NCBI GenBank assembly: GCA_963837465.1
Contig: CAWINB010000004.1
Span: 138,853 to 202,852 of the forward strand
Direction: 5' to 3'
Length of the DNA stretch: 64,000 nt
Source: Candidatus Doudnabacteria bacterium
GTDB lineage: Bacteria; Patescibacteriota; Doudnabacteria; UBA920
Shown: positions 26,389-35,648 of the stretch, piece by piece
Layout of the letters: each line of letters begins with the position of its first letter
Position numbering within the stretch: position 1 is the first letter of the stretch
Notes under the pieces: generated by a model
The model's database searches: none
The model's input: the letters and a program-made list of their open reading frames with translations, nothing else
Told to the model about the DNA's origin: nothing
Program-made: the position numbers and the translations under genes

Positions 26389-27609
26389 TTGTCATTACTA
26401 TTTATGGATTACCTCCTGCTTCTAACCTTCATCCTTGCCCCGGCCTACGTTATCAGGTTCAATTTCCTGGGTTTTCCCACGGATGTTTTGATGATGTGGA
26501 TATTTTTTGTCTGGTTGGTTTTCTACGGCTGGCTTATTGCGAAAAAAAGATTGGGTGAATTTTTCCGCTTTAAGGAACTTTTGGACCGGAAAGTTTCCGT
26601 CTGGGTCGGCTTATTTTTCCTGTCCGGGATTATTGCGTTACTGGTTGAACATCCAAACAGAGCCAACCTTGGCCAATTCATAGTTTTGTTCTTACAACCA
26701 ATCAGCCTGTTTTTTATCGCGGGTTTTATATTTAAGCAAAGCCCCAAAACCAAGTCCTGGCTACTTGCTACCAGCTACTCGCTACTGGCAATATCCGGTC
26801 TATACGCCATACTCCAGTACTTTACCCTAATCGGGCTGCCCGTAGCCTGGTGGGGCAACAGCGTAGAGCCCAAGCGGGCTTTGGCGTTTTTTGTCCATCC
26901 AAATTTTTACGCGCTATGGTGCGCGCCTTTGCTGGCTCTGCTACTACCGGACATAGGAACCAAGATCAAATCGTGGTCAGCCGTAAATCGTAAATCGTTA
27001 ATGGTTAATCGTTCCTCAGCCCTGGCCTGGCTGCTTGGAGCCATCGGATTATTGCTTTCTTTGTCCCGCTCCGGCTGGCTGGGCTTGTCCGCCGCTATTG
27101 TTGTCTACGTAATAATAGCCGCCGACGCCAAAGTCCGTAAAATTATTTTTGCGCTTGCCGTTGCCGCGGTTTTAATAGTAGCCGCCGTCCCCAACCTGCG
27201 CTGGCGGGTGTTGCTGCCGTTTTACGGGGAAAAGTCAGCCGACTCCAGAATTGAACTGTGGGACGATGGCTTTAAAGGCATAAAACAGTCGCCAATTTTT
27301 GGCATAGGACTCACCGGTTTTGCAAAAGAATACGCCACAATTAATATCGACCCCACTTTAGACCCACACAATTTTCCGCACAACATCTTTTTGGATTTCT
27401 GGGTGGAAACCGGACTGCTTGGCTTAATCAGTTTTGTAGGCCTAGCCTCCCTATTTATTTACCGCGGCCTAAAAAACCGCGGCAATCTCTTTGCCCTTGC
27501 CGTCTCCCTATTCCTAATAGCCCTACTAGCCCAAGGCCAAGTCGACAACCCCTACTTTAAAAACGATTTGGCTTTGGTGTTTTGGATGGTGCTGGCTTTA
27601 GTAATATAA
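26389..27609 (+). CDS. O-antigen ligase / Wzy-family polytopic membrane protein
   Basis: 406 aa, ~10 TM helices; periplasmic loop LSLSRSGWLGLSAAI typical of the Wzy_C domain. Confidence 0.7.
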   Translation: MSLLFMDYLLLLTFILAPAYVIRFNFLGFPTDVLMMWIFFVWLVFYGWLIAKKRLGEFFRFKELLDRKVSVWVGLFFLSGIIALLVEHPNRANLGQFIVLFLQPISLFFIAGFIFKQSPKTKSWLLATSYSLLAISGLYAILQYFTLIGLPVAWWGNSVEPKRALAFFVHPNFYALWCAPLLALLLPDIGTKIKSWSAVNRKSLMVNRSSALAWLLGAIGLLLSLSRSGWLGLSAAIVVYVIIAADAKVRKIIFALAVAAVLIVAAVPNLRWRVLLPFYGEKSADSRIELWDDGFKGIKQSPIFGIGLTGFAKEYATINIDPTLDPHNFPHNIFLDFWVETGLLGLISFVGLASLFIYRGLKNRGNLFALAVSLFLIALLAQGQVDNPYFKNDLALVFWMVLALVI

Positions 27610-27627
27610 TTATGCTATCATAAATTT

Positions 27628-27780
27628 ATGAATCAAAAGCCTCAAGAAAAATCCAATAAAATTAACTTTGAAAAGCTAAGAAAGTTGGCAAAAAAGATTC
27701 GGCAGCAAACGCAAGCAGAAGCAGTCAAATATCCCCAGCAAGAACAGTCCTTAATTTATGGAAACGGCTCTCAAAGATAA
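27628..27780 (+). CDS. small basic ORF overlapping the PIN gene start (candidate antitoxin)
   Basis: 50 aa; overlaps the downstream PIN-domain gene by 23 nt in a different frame; no homology recognised. Confidence 0.3.
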   Translation: MNQKPQEKSNKINFEKLRKLAKKIRQQTQAEAVKYPQQEQSLIYGNGSQR

Positions 27781-28276
27781 AATAGCCAATAAGTTCGTAT
27801 TACTTGATACGGGCGTAATTATTCGCGCATTTGAACACTTCGACAACTTCGAAGCGTTTTTTAAAATGCTGGAAGGTGCCAATTGTAAAAATGTTTATTT
27901 TCCCTTTGTTGAATTTGAATTTTTAAGAGGGGCTTATGAACCATCCCACAAAGTTGATCGTGAGGATTTCTTAAAAGAAATTTCAGGCATTAACTTAAAC
28001 GCTCCAACTCAGGCAATTATCAAAGACGCAATTGCCATAGCGAACTGTTATTCAGCCCGAAAGCATCACTCCGCGTCTTTAACTGACTGCTCAATAGCGG
28101 CCTATTTAAAATCTTATCCGCAAAACCTCTTTCTCGTAACTCTCAACCACAAAGACTTTCCCACCTATCTTTTTGACCGTGTAGGAATTTTTCCAATAGA
28201 CGCCCAAGTCGATATTTTTACCTTGGCCTTTTATACTTACAATAAAACAAAAGCTGAAAAGATTAATTTGAAATAA
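27758..28276 (+). CDS. PIN-domain nuclease (VapC-like toxin fold)
   Basis: 172 aa; acidic residues in LLDTGV, E, LTDCSIAAY, LNHKDF spaced as in PIN domains. Confidence 0.55.
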   Translation: METALKDKIANKFVLLDTGVIIRAFEHFDNFEAFFKMLEGANCKNVYFPFVEFEFLRGAYEPSHKVDREDFLKEISGINLNAPTQAIIKDAIAIANCYSARKHHSASLTDCSIAAYLKSYPQNLFLVTLNHKDFPTYLFDRVGIFPIDAQVDIFTLAFYTYNKTKAEKINLK

Positions 28277-28313
28277 GGACTAAAAAATCCTGGTATATTT
28301 TCTCTGTAAAGAC

Positions 28314-28346
28314 AGGGCGGACCGCATAAACGGTCCGCCCTTTTTG
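28314..28346. terminator. bidirectional intrinsic terminator
   Basis: perfect 11 bp stem agggcggaccg / cggtccgccct with loop cataaa, then TTTTTG. Confidence 0.7.
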
Positions 28347-28351
28347 CCGCA

Positions 28352-28645
28352 TCAAGTCGCCAGTTTGTGCGGGCGATGCAGGGGAGTCAAGTCCCAGACT
28401 GTACCATCGCCGACCCATTCATGGAACATCCCGGGCGGGACAATCCATAAAATAAGCCTGCGATCATCCACAGCTTCAATCGTTTGGCCTGCCTCAGAGC
28501 GCAAATTGAGCGCCTTTGTCAGGTAAAGCGAAAAGAAACTGTGCTTGTGACCGATTGTGGCCTTCGCTATATCTGTCTTACGATAAGCAAACGTAGACAG
28601 AAAGCGAGCAACCACATCGGACAAGACAAACTGCCGAAGTTGCAT
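28352..28645 (-). CDS. hypothetical protein
   Basis: 97 aa ORF bounded by terminators on both sides; no homology recognised. Confidence 0.35.
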   Translation of the reverse strand: MQLRQFVLSDVVARFLSTFAYRKTDIAKATIGHKHSFFSLYLTKALNLRSEAGQTIEAVDDRRLILWIVPPGMFHEWVGDGTVWDLTPLHRPHKLAT

Positions 28646-28797
28646 CTTTTTTCACCTCCTTCTATTGATTCTAAAATTATATACAGACAATTGTATTATG
28701 CCAATAACTTTGGCTAAATTTTTTGACATATTTGACAAAAAACCTCTAAATAAACTACCATAAGCCTATAATAAACCGCCAAAAAATACGTCATATT

Positions 28798-29529
28798 ATG
28801 GAAATTAGTTTAAAAAACCTGTTTAAAGAACTCGGGGTTAACGATGAACAAGCTAAGGTTTATTTGGCGGCTTTGGAGTTGGGACAGGCCAATATGAATG
28901 AGTTGGCTGAAAAGGCCGGGTTAAAAAGAACCAGTGTTTATAATTATGTAGATGAACTTATAGAAAAAAAGTTAATAACTACCGGTAAAAAAAGAAAGCG
29001 CACGGTTTATAGCGCCATTCATCCAAATATGCTTATGGAAATAGAAAAAGCCCGGCTCAGCGAGCTAGAAAGAAATCTGCCGGAACTTTTAGCTGTTTAT
29101 AACAAATCAAAAACCAAACCTAAAGTAACTTTTTATGAAGGCATAAACGGTATAAAAACTGTTTTACAGGATATGCTAAAAGAAAAACAAACAATATCCG
29201 CATTCAGCGATTTTAAACATATGGCCGCGGTATTCGGTGATTATTACTTTGATGTTTTTCCGCCTGAACGGGCCAAGCGGGGGATTGTTTCCCGCAACAT
29301 TGTTCCAGACACGCCAAAAGCCCGTGAGCTGGCAAAAAAAGACGCCCGATATTTGCGCCAAACAAAATTTTTACAAATTCCCGACTTAAAAACTGAAATA
29401 AATATTTACGCCAACAAAGTTGCTCTTAACAGCTACCAAAGTAGTCCGCCCTTTGGAGTAATTATTGAAGATCATGACATAGCGGAAACCCTACGCGCTG
29501 TCTGGCAACAGCTTTGGAATAGAATTTAA
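28798..29529 (+). CDS. TrmB-family transcriptional regulator (paralog 3)
   Basis: 243 aa; same architecture as the other TrmB paralogs (QAKVYLAALELGQANMNELA winged helix; C-terminal EINIYANKVAL). Confidence 0.75.
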   Translation: MEISLKNLFKELGVNDEQAKVYLAALELGQANMNELAEKAGLKRTSVYNYVDELIEKKLITTGKKRKRTVYSAIHPNMLMEIEKARLSELERNLPELLAVYNKSKTKPKVTFYEGINGIKTVLQDMLKEKQTISAFSDFKHMAAVFGDYYFDVFPPERAKRGIVSRNIVPDTPKARELAKKDARYLRQTKFLQIPDLKTEINIYANKVALNSYQSSPPFGVIIEDHDIAETLRAVWQQLWNRI

Positions 29530-29613
29530 TACTATCTAAGAGGCCATAAAGGTTCCTGCCACCTTTACTTTTCTGATATGGCTTTAACCATCTACTTATG
29601 TAAAAATATAAAT

Positions 29614-29877
29614 ATGACTCAAAAGTATTATAAAAGAATTATTATTGACCAAAAAGTTATGGTCGGCAAACCGGTTATTAAAGGCACCCGAATTACCGTG
29701 GAGTTAATTTTGCGTTTTTTGTCCCAGGGGCAAACCGTTACGGAGATTTTAAAAAATTATCCGCATTTGGAAGCCGAGGATGTTTACGCGGCCATTGAAT
29801 ACGCCACTGAACTGGTGGAAGAACAAACTGTTTTTCCGCTAAATCATACTTATGCAAAAACCAAAGCTGCTGCTTGA
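29614..29877 (+). CDS. DUF433-family protein
   Basis: start at Met 29614; KPVIKGTRITVELILRFLSQGQTVTEIL..YP.L..EDVYAAIEYA matches DUF433. Confidence 0.6.
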   Translation: MTQKYYKRIIIDQKVMVGKPVIKGTRITVELILRFLSQGQTVTEILKNYPHLEAEDVYAAIEYATELVEEQTVFPLNHTYAKTKAAA

Positions 29878-29953
29878 AATTTAATATTCAAACAGCACCG
29901 GGGAAAACTGAAAAACAAATTCGTCGCCGCCACAGAAACAAAAATCCGCCTGC

Positions 29954-30028
29954 GTTAATATCGCAAGGCCAAGTCGACAATCCTTACTTTAAAAATGATT
30001 TAGCGCTGGTATTTTGGATAGTTCCATC
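29954..30028 (+). pseudogene. duplicated 3'-terminal fragment of the O-antigen ligase gene (att-like direct repeat)
   Basis: ~80 percent identical over 75 nt to 27532-27609 (17-mer caaggccaagtcgacaa identical); encodes QGQVDNPYFKNDLALVFW like the end of the ligase. Confidence 0.7.
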
Positions 30029-30044
30029 TCTTGCATAATTTTTT

Positions 30045-30578
30045 ATGGAAGCTCAAGAATTTGACAAACTAAGCCAATTTCAAACTGCATCGTTTGCTCT
30101 TTGGGATCCTGAGGATATTACAAATATCGAATATATCAAATCTCTCATCTCCCAACTTAATTCTCGTTTTATTATTCTTGGATTAAATCCTTCTGGCAAA
30201 ATGGGTTTTTTAAAAAATTTTCATTACGGTAGATATGATATCTGGTACCAAGAAGTGTTTTCACAATCTCCATTTAAAGGATGCTATATGAGCGACTTCA
30301 TTTCCTATTCTGGGGTAAAGGCATCTCAAGTGATGAAAAAATGGAAAAAAGATGAAAAATTCAGAAATAAAAACATAAAAAATTTAAGAAAACAGTTTGG
30401 AATTCTGAAAATAAAAAAATCTGCGACATTTATATGTATTGGAAAAAGCACTTGGGATTTATTTCAAAAATCCTTTCCTTTATACATAAAAGTGTTTTAC
30501 CTAAAGCACCCAAATACCCCTGGAACAACGCGAGCGAATTTTATAAATGAAGTACATAAGATTACAAAAAAGTTATAA
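30045..30578 (+). CDS. hypothetical protein (AT-rich gene)
   Basis: 177 aa; visibly lower GC than flanking genes; no homology recognised. Confidence 0.4.
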   Translation: MEAQEFDKLSQFQTASFALWDPEDITNIEYIKSLISQLNSRFIILGLNPSGKMGFLKNFHYGRYDIWYQEVFSQSPFKGCYMSDFISYSGVKASQVMKKWKKDEKFRNKNIKNLRKQFGILKIKKSATFICIGKSTWDLFQKSFPLYIKVFYLKHPNTPGTTRANFINEVHKITKKL

Positions 30579-30608
30579 TAAAACACCTTTCGCTAGTTGA
30601 AGGGTGTT

Positions 30609-31079
30609 TTATGCTTTTGCTCTTATGACAACTTTCCTGTAGGGTTCGTTGCCGAGGCTGCTGCTTTCTATTTCTGGGTGGTTTTCCTGGAGGTAGGCGT
30701 GGATGAGGCGGCGTTCGTAGTTGGGCATTGGTTCTAAGGCTTGGGCGCGGCCGGTGTTTTTGGCTTTTTGGGCCGCGGCTTTGGCGGTTTCTTTTAAGAA
30801 CCATTCGCGCTTTCTTTTGTAATCATCCACGTCCAGGGTAAACCAAAACGGTTCCGGCGAGTTTAGCTTCTTGCCGGCCAAAGCCTGGACCAAAATCTGC
30901 AAAGCGTGCAGTGTGGCGCCTTGTTTGCCTATAAGTAAATAGGAATCGGGCGAACTGATATTAAACACCAACCCTTTGGTAATACTGTCTTCAAATTCCA
31001 CGCTGCCGGAAATACCGCACTGCTCCAGCAATTCGGTAACAACATTTTTTACTATTTCGATTTTGTTGTAGTCGGTCAT
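30609..31079 (-). CDS. jag: Jag/KhpB-like RNA-binding protein (Jag-N, KH, R3H)
   Basis: start at internal Met (MTDYNKIEIV); C-terminal R3H block RRLIHAYLQENHPEIESSSLGNEPYRKVVI; position downstream of yidC as in the conserved rpmH-rnpA-yidD-yidC-jag cluster. Confidence 0.75.
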   Translation of the reverse strand: MTDYNKIEIVKNVVTELLEQCGISGSVEFEDSITKGLVFNISSPDSYLLIGKQGATLHALQILVQALAGKKLNSPEPFWFTLDVDDYKRKREWFLKETAKAAAQKAKNTGRAQALEPMPNYERRLIHAYLQENHPEIESSSLGNEPYRKVVIRAKA

Positions 31080-31137
31080 TGGGTAAGGAAGGGGATAGGG
31101 ATTAGGGTATAGGGAGGGGGTAGTATGCAGGGGGCGC

Positions 31138-31875
31138 TTATGAGACAACCGTGACTTTCGGTTGCTGCCTTATTATATAGTACTGCTGGCCTACGGCAAA
31201 CAAAGTGGTAACAACCCAGTAAAGCGGCAAACCGGCCGGAAGCCTTAGGGCAATAACAATGCTGATTACGGGCAAAACATAAGTAGTCTGCATGGTTAAA
31301 GCCTTAACCGTAGCGTCCTGCTGGCCGCTGACTTTGGGCATAAGAAGTTTTGATTGCCAAAATTGCGCGAGACCCGCCAGCACAGCCAATATCCAGCTGG
31401 GGCTGGATAAATTAATAATCTTTAAGAAGTACGGACTGATGCTTTTGGGAGCCGGCACAAATTTGTACAAGCCCTGCAAGCGCTGGGCAATATTCAAAGC
31501 CGGATTCAGAGCCACCCTAAATGCCTGGTACAGGCCAATTAAGATTGGCAACTGTATAACCAGGGGCAGACAGGAAGCAAAGGGGTTGATCTTATTTTCT
31601 TTATAAAGCTCCATCATAGCCTTGGCCTGGCCTTCTTTATCATCTTTATATTTTTCCCGCACCGCGTTGAGCTTGGGCTGCAAATCATTCATAGCCCTCT
31701 GGCTTTTTATGGACCGGCTAAAACTGGGCGCCAAAACCAAACGGATTAAGATAGTCAAAAGAATAATAACTACCCCAATATCATGTCCCGGAATGATATT
31801 GTAAAAAAACACCAGCAAATTTAAAAGCGGGCGGTAAATGACGTCGTTATAAGCAATTACGATAGCGTGAAGCAT
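31138..31875 (-). CDS. yidC: membrane protein insertase YidC (short form)
   Basis: ~245 aa with 5 TM helices, conserved YidC C-terminal region; start chosen at second Met to avoid overlap with yidD. Confidence 0.8.
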   Translation of the reverse strand: MLHAIVIAYNDVIYRPLLNLLVFFYNIIPGHDIGVVIILLTILIRLVLAPSFSRSIKSQRAMNDLQPKLNAVREKYKDDKEGQAKAMMELYKENKINPFASCLPLVIQLPILIGLYQAFRVALNPALNIAQRLQGLYKFVPAPKSISPYFLKIINLSSPSWILAVLAGLAQFWQSKLLMPKVSGQQDATVKALTMQTTYVLPVISIVIALRLPAGLPLYWVVTTLFAVGQQYYIIRQQPKVTVVS

Positions 31876-31888
31876 AAAAATATGAGTT

Positions 31889-32164
31889 TCAGTTTGTGTA
31901 AAACTTACCGGGAACCGCGTCAACCTTAGGCTGGGACCAGGGATGGCAGCGCGACAGTCTCATAACAGCCAAAACCATTCCCTTAAAAGCCCCAAACCTT
32001 TCTATGGCCTCTGTGGCGTATTGGCTGCAGGAGGGATAAAAGCGGCAATAACCGTGGGGAAAGCGGTATTTAAGCCAGCTGTGATCGGGCGATAGCAATG
32101 TTTGATAGCTCATAATTAGCGCTACGAGCATTCTTTTGGGAAGGTTGGCAAAAAAATTCATCAT
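31889..32164 (-). CDS. yidD: membrane protein insertion efficiency factor YidD
   Basis: FYPSCSQYATEAIERFG core motif of YidD; 4 nt overlap with the rnpA stop. Confidence 0.8.
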   Translation of the reverse strand: MMNFFANLPKRMLVALIMSYQTLLSPDHSWLKYRFPHGYCRFYPSCSQYATEAIERFGAFKGMVLAVMRLSRCHPWSQPKVDAVPGKFYTN

Positions 32165-32505
32165 CTTATTTTATTTAAAAGCTGTAAAAAGTAGCTTAGC
32201 CTGTCAGCTTCGGGCAAACGCGAGACTTTTGGCTTGGCCATAATCATATAGTCGCCTTTTTTAAAATCTCCCATATTCTTGCGTAAATTTTCCCTGATTA
32301 TCCTCTTTAAGCGGTTTCTGGCCACCGCCGCTTTAAAGACTTTTGTTGAAACCACAACAGCAAAACGGGGAGACCCGGACGCCGAGGCCAAAAACTTGAT
32401 ATTGTAAAAAGGGTTAAAAAAAGTCCGCCCTCTGGCAAACGCAGTTTGAATGTCTTTGTCTTTGGCCAGGCGGTTTTTTTTGTGAAGCATAGCGAGAAAT
32501 GACAA
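32161..32505 (-). CDS. rnpA: ribonuclease P protein component
   Basis: 114 aa, basic; ARNRLKRIIRE motif; located between rpmH and yidD. Confidence 0.8.
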   Translation of the reverse strand: MSFLAMLHKKNRLAKDKDIQTAFARGRTFFNPFYNIKFLASASGSPRFAVVVSTKVFKAAVARNRLKRIIRENLRKNMGDFKKGDYMIMAKPKVSRLPEADRLSYFLQLLNKIR

Positions 32506-32596
32506 AAGTTAAAAAAATAATAAAAATGACAAAAATATCTGTTCCCACATTTTTTTAACTTTTATTATTTTTGCTCATTTTTGTCATGTCCTTAGG

Positions 32597-32731
32597 CTAT
32601 ACCGACAGCTTCTTCCGACCTTTGGCACGGCGGCGCGCCAGAACATTGCGGCCGGTCTTGGTTTCCATGCGCTTTAAAAAACCGTGGCGGCGCTTTCTTC
32701 TTTTAACTTTTGGCTGGTAAGTTCTTTTCAT
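32597..32731 (-). CDS. rpmH: 50S ribosomal protein L34
   Basis: 44 aa [44 protein letters not shown]; not in the ORF track (<60 aa). Confidence 0.9.
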   Translation of the reverse strand: MKRTYQPKVKRRKRRHGFLKRMETKTGRNVLARRRAKGRKKLSV

Positions 32732-32733
32732 AT

Positions 32734-33009
32734 TGACTAATTATAAAGAAACTCCTGCTTTTGGTCAACCCAAAAAATCTTTTAAAATTTTTTAAAAGCC
32801 TCTCCCACAACTTTTCCACAGTATATTAACAGGCTCTATAAAAACCTTTATAAACAAGGGGGTTATTGCCTAATTTACATGTTGATAAGTCCCTGCTAGA
32901 CTACAGAAACAATAAACTTCCCGGGAAAAACTGCGGAATTTTACAGTTTATTCCCGTAATGCAATTGTTTTTTGTGGTTTTCCGTGAATCCGCGCTAATT
33001 TTTTGCAGT
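32734..33009. promoter_or_regulatory. putative oriC / dnaA promoter region
   Basis: rpmH-dnaA divergent intergenic region; approximate DnaA boxes ttttccaca (32812-32820), tgttgataa (32880-32888); an 8/9 box ttatccact lies at 34477-34485 between dnaA and dnaN. Confidence 0.4.
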
Positions 33010-34365
33010 ATGAATAACCAGCAACTTTGGCAGGCCATTTTAGGAAATATGGAAGTCTCACTCAGCAAAGCCAACTTTAACACCTGGTTTAAAAACACCA
33101 GCATTGTGGAACGCGGCAGCGACTCCATGATTGTAGGGGTTCCCAGCGCTTTTAGCCGCGACTGGATTGCCAGCAAGTATCATCAGGAGATTTTAAAAGC
33201 CCTTAAAAGCCTGGCTCCGGAAATTAAGGAAATAAAATATCAGCTCGCCAGCCAGGCAAATACCGGCCAAAGCAAAGCGTCCGCCGTTAAGGAACCGCGC
33301 GAAGAAACGGCTCAAAAAGAGCTGGCCGCGCCCACACCTTCTTCCCGCAGCGGCCTTAATCCCAAATATACTTTTGAGACTCTGATTGTCGGCAAAAACA
33401 ACGAGCTGGCCCACGCGGCCGGCCAAGCCGTGGCCAAAAACCCCGGCACCCAATACAATCCTTTGTTTATTTACGGCGGGGTAGGTTTGGGCAAAACACA
33501 TCTTATGCACGCGGCCGGCCACAGGCTGATCCAAAACAATCCCAAAGCCCGGATACTTTACATTACCTCGGAAAAATTCGCCAATGATTATATAGATGCC
33601 ATCAAACAAAAACGCATGGAAGGGTTTAAAAAAGAATACCGGAGCGTGGATGCTTTACTGATTGATGATATTCAGTTTATGGCCGGCAAAGAAGGGTTCC
33701 AGGAAGAATTTTTCCACACTTTTAACGAACTGCGGGACAAAGGACGCCAGATTATAATTACTTCGGACCGGCCGCCGAAAGAAATTCCCGGGGTGGAACA
33801 GCGTTTGGTTTCCCGCTTTGAATGGGGGATGGTGGCTGACATCCAGGCTCCGGATTTGGAAACCCGTATGGCGATCCTGCGCACTAAAATGGAAAAAAAA
33901 GGCGTTGTTTTGGGCGAAGATATCCTGTTTTACATTGCTGAAAACGTTATCAGTAACATTCGGGAGCTGGAAGGCGCGCTTAACCGGCTGGCTGTTTACC
34001 AGCAAATGGAAAACCGCGGTTTGGTTTTGGACCAAGCCAAAACCATTTTGGCCAGCATTGTCGGGATAAAGAAAAGGGTAACATCGGCTAAAAAAATAGC
34101 GGAATCGGTGGCCGAGTTCTATAATATCAGCATGGAAGACCTGATTAAGCAATCGCGAAAAAAAGAATTCGTTAAGCCGCGCCAGGTAGCCATGTATTTA
34201 ATCAGAAAAGAATTGGATAATTCCTTCCCCTCCATTGGAGATTTCTTCGGCGGGCGCGACCACACTACGGTTATGCACGCGGTGGAAAAAATGACAAACC
34301 TTATTTCCCAAAAAGAAGATTTTAAGCAAGAAGTGGATTTAATTCTGGATAAACTGTTCATATAA
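33010..34365 (+). CDS. dnaA: chromosomal replication initiator protein DnaA
   Basis: start set at MNNQQLWQAILG; AAA+ Walker A GGVGLGKTHL; C-terminal DnaA box-binding domain. Confidence 0.95.
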   Translation: MNNQQLWQAILGNMEVSLSKANFNTWFKNTSIVERGSDSMIVGVPSAFSRDWIASKYHQEILKALKSLAPEIKEIKYQLASQANTGQSKASAVKEPREETAQKELAAPTPSSRSGLNPKYTFETLIVGKNNELAHAAGQAVAKNPGTQYNPLFIYGGVGLGKTHLMHAAGHRLIQNNPKARILYITSEKFANDYIDAIKQKRMEGFKKEYRSVDALLIDDIQFMAGKEGFQEEFFHTFNELRDKGRQIIITSDRPPKEIPGVEQRLVSRFEWGMVADIQAPDLETRMAILRTKMEKKGVVLGEDILFYIAENVISNIRELEGALNRLAVYQQMENRGLVLDQAKTILASIVGIKKRVTSAKKIAESVAEFYNISMEDLIKQSRKKEFVKPRQVAMYLIRKELDNSFPSIGDFFGGRDHTTVMHAVEKMTNLISQKEDFKQEVDLILDKLFI

Positions 34366-34544
34366 AATACCGGCGTGGCAGTTCTATAAACCCGCCCCCA
34401 AAAAACACCGGGGTTAGCAACAAAAATATCCCCAGGCAAAAACCGGTTTTACTGACAAAATATTGGCATTAAATGGTTATCCACTATTCAACAAGCCTTA
34501 TTGTTAATATTACTTGTTTAAACAAATAAATAATTTATAACCAC

Positions 34545-35645
34545 ATGAAAATAATTTGCACACAGGAAAATTTGAAAACCGCCTTGTCCGGAGTCGGCAG
34601 GATAGTATCCACTTCCAACACCTTGCCCATTCTCAGCAACCTTTTACTGAAAACTGAAAACGGCCTGTTAAAAATATCTTCCACGAATCTTGAAATAGCC
34701 ATTACCACACAAGCCAGGTGCAAAGTGGAACAGGATGGCGATGTTACCGTATCGGGCAAAGTTATTATGGATTTAATTAACAATATGCCCAACAAAAATA
34801 TTGTTCTGGAAACCCTGGGCGGCGAAATGAAAATAGAAGCTGAAAATTATCACACCGCCATAAAAACCCTGCCGGCCGAAGAATTCCCCTTGATCCCGCG
34901 AATAGAGGGTGGTGAAACCCTGGTCTTGGACGCGCGGGAACTCAAAAACTCTTTGGATAAGGTTGTTTTTGCCGCCTCGACCAACCAAACCCAGCCGGAA
35001 ATTTCGGGAGTAATGTTTGGTTTGGATAAAACGGAGTTAAGAATCGTGGCCACCGACCGCTATCGTCTGGCTGAAAAAAAAATAACATTGAAAAGCGCCG
35101 TAAAAAACGCGCAAGCGGTTATTATCCCCCAAAAAACCATGGTGGAACTGTCGCGGGTTATTGGCAGCCAGAGCGGGGATGTTGAAGTAAATTTAGGCGC
35201 GAACCAGATCGGGATGGTTTTTAAAGACATAAAAATAATCAGCCGCTTAATAGACGGCCAGTACCCGGATTATGAACAAATTATCCCGGAAAGCTTCGCC
35301 ACCACTTCCATTGTCCCGGCCCAGGCCCTGGTTAAGGCATTAAGAGCCGCGGCGGTTTTTAGCCAGAGTGGCAACAGTGTAAAGTTTGAATTTTCCCAAG
35401 AGCGGCAGATTCTGGTTGTTGCCGCCGAATCCCAGGAATTGGGCGGCGGGACGGTGGAAATACCGGCTGCCATAAACGGGCCCGGCGGACAGGTGATTTT
35501 TAATTACCATTATGTTTTGGATTGTTTAACCAGCCTGGAAAGCGATAATGTTAATTTTAAAATGATTAATGACGACTCTCCCGCCTTAATGGTTCCCGAA
35601 GGAGTCGGTGGTTATATTTATTTGGTAATGCCTATTAAGACTTAA
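34545..35645 (+). CDS. dnaN: DNA polymerase III beta sliding clamp
   Basis: 366 aa; three-domain clamp signature; position after dnaA. Confidence 0.95.
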   Translation: MKIICTQENLKTALSGVGRIVSTSNTLPILSNLLLKTENGLLKISSTNLEIAITTQARCKVEQDGDVTVSGKVIMDLINNMPNKNIVLETLGGEMKIEAENYHTAIKTLPAEEFPLIPRIEGGETLVLDARELKNSLDKVVFAASTNQTQPEISGVMFGLDKTELRIVATDRYRLAEKKITLKSAVKNAQAVIIPQKTMVELSRVIGSQSGDVEVNLGANQIGMVFKDIKIISRLIDGQYPDYEQIIPESFATTSIVPAQALVKALRAAAVFSQSGNSVKFEFSQERQILVVAAESQELGGGTVEIPAAINGPGGQVIFNYHYVLDCLTSLESDNVNFKMINDDSPALMVPEGVGGYIYLVMPIKT

Positions 35646-35648
35646 TAT

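Noticed and set aside
32866-33009. 48-codon N-terminal extension of the dnaA ORF
   Set aside because: Lies in the AT-rich origin/promoter region; DnaA homology begins at MNNQQLWQAILG (33010)
33193-34439. Minus-strand ORFs (138, 165, 70, 106 aa) inside dnaA
   Set aside because: Antisense shadow ORFs
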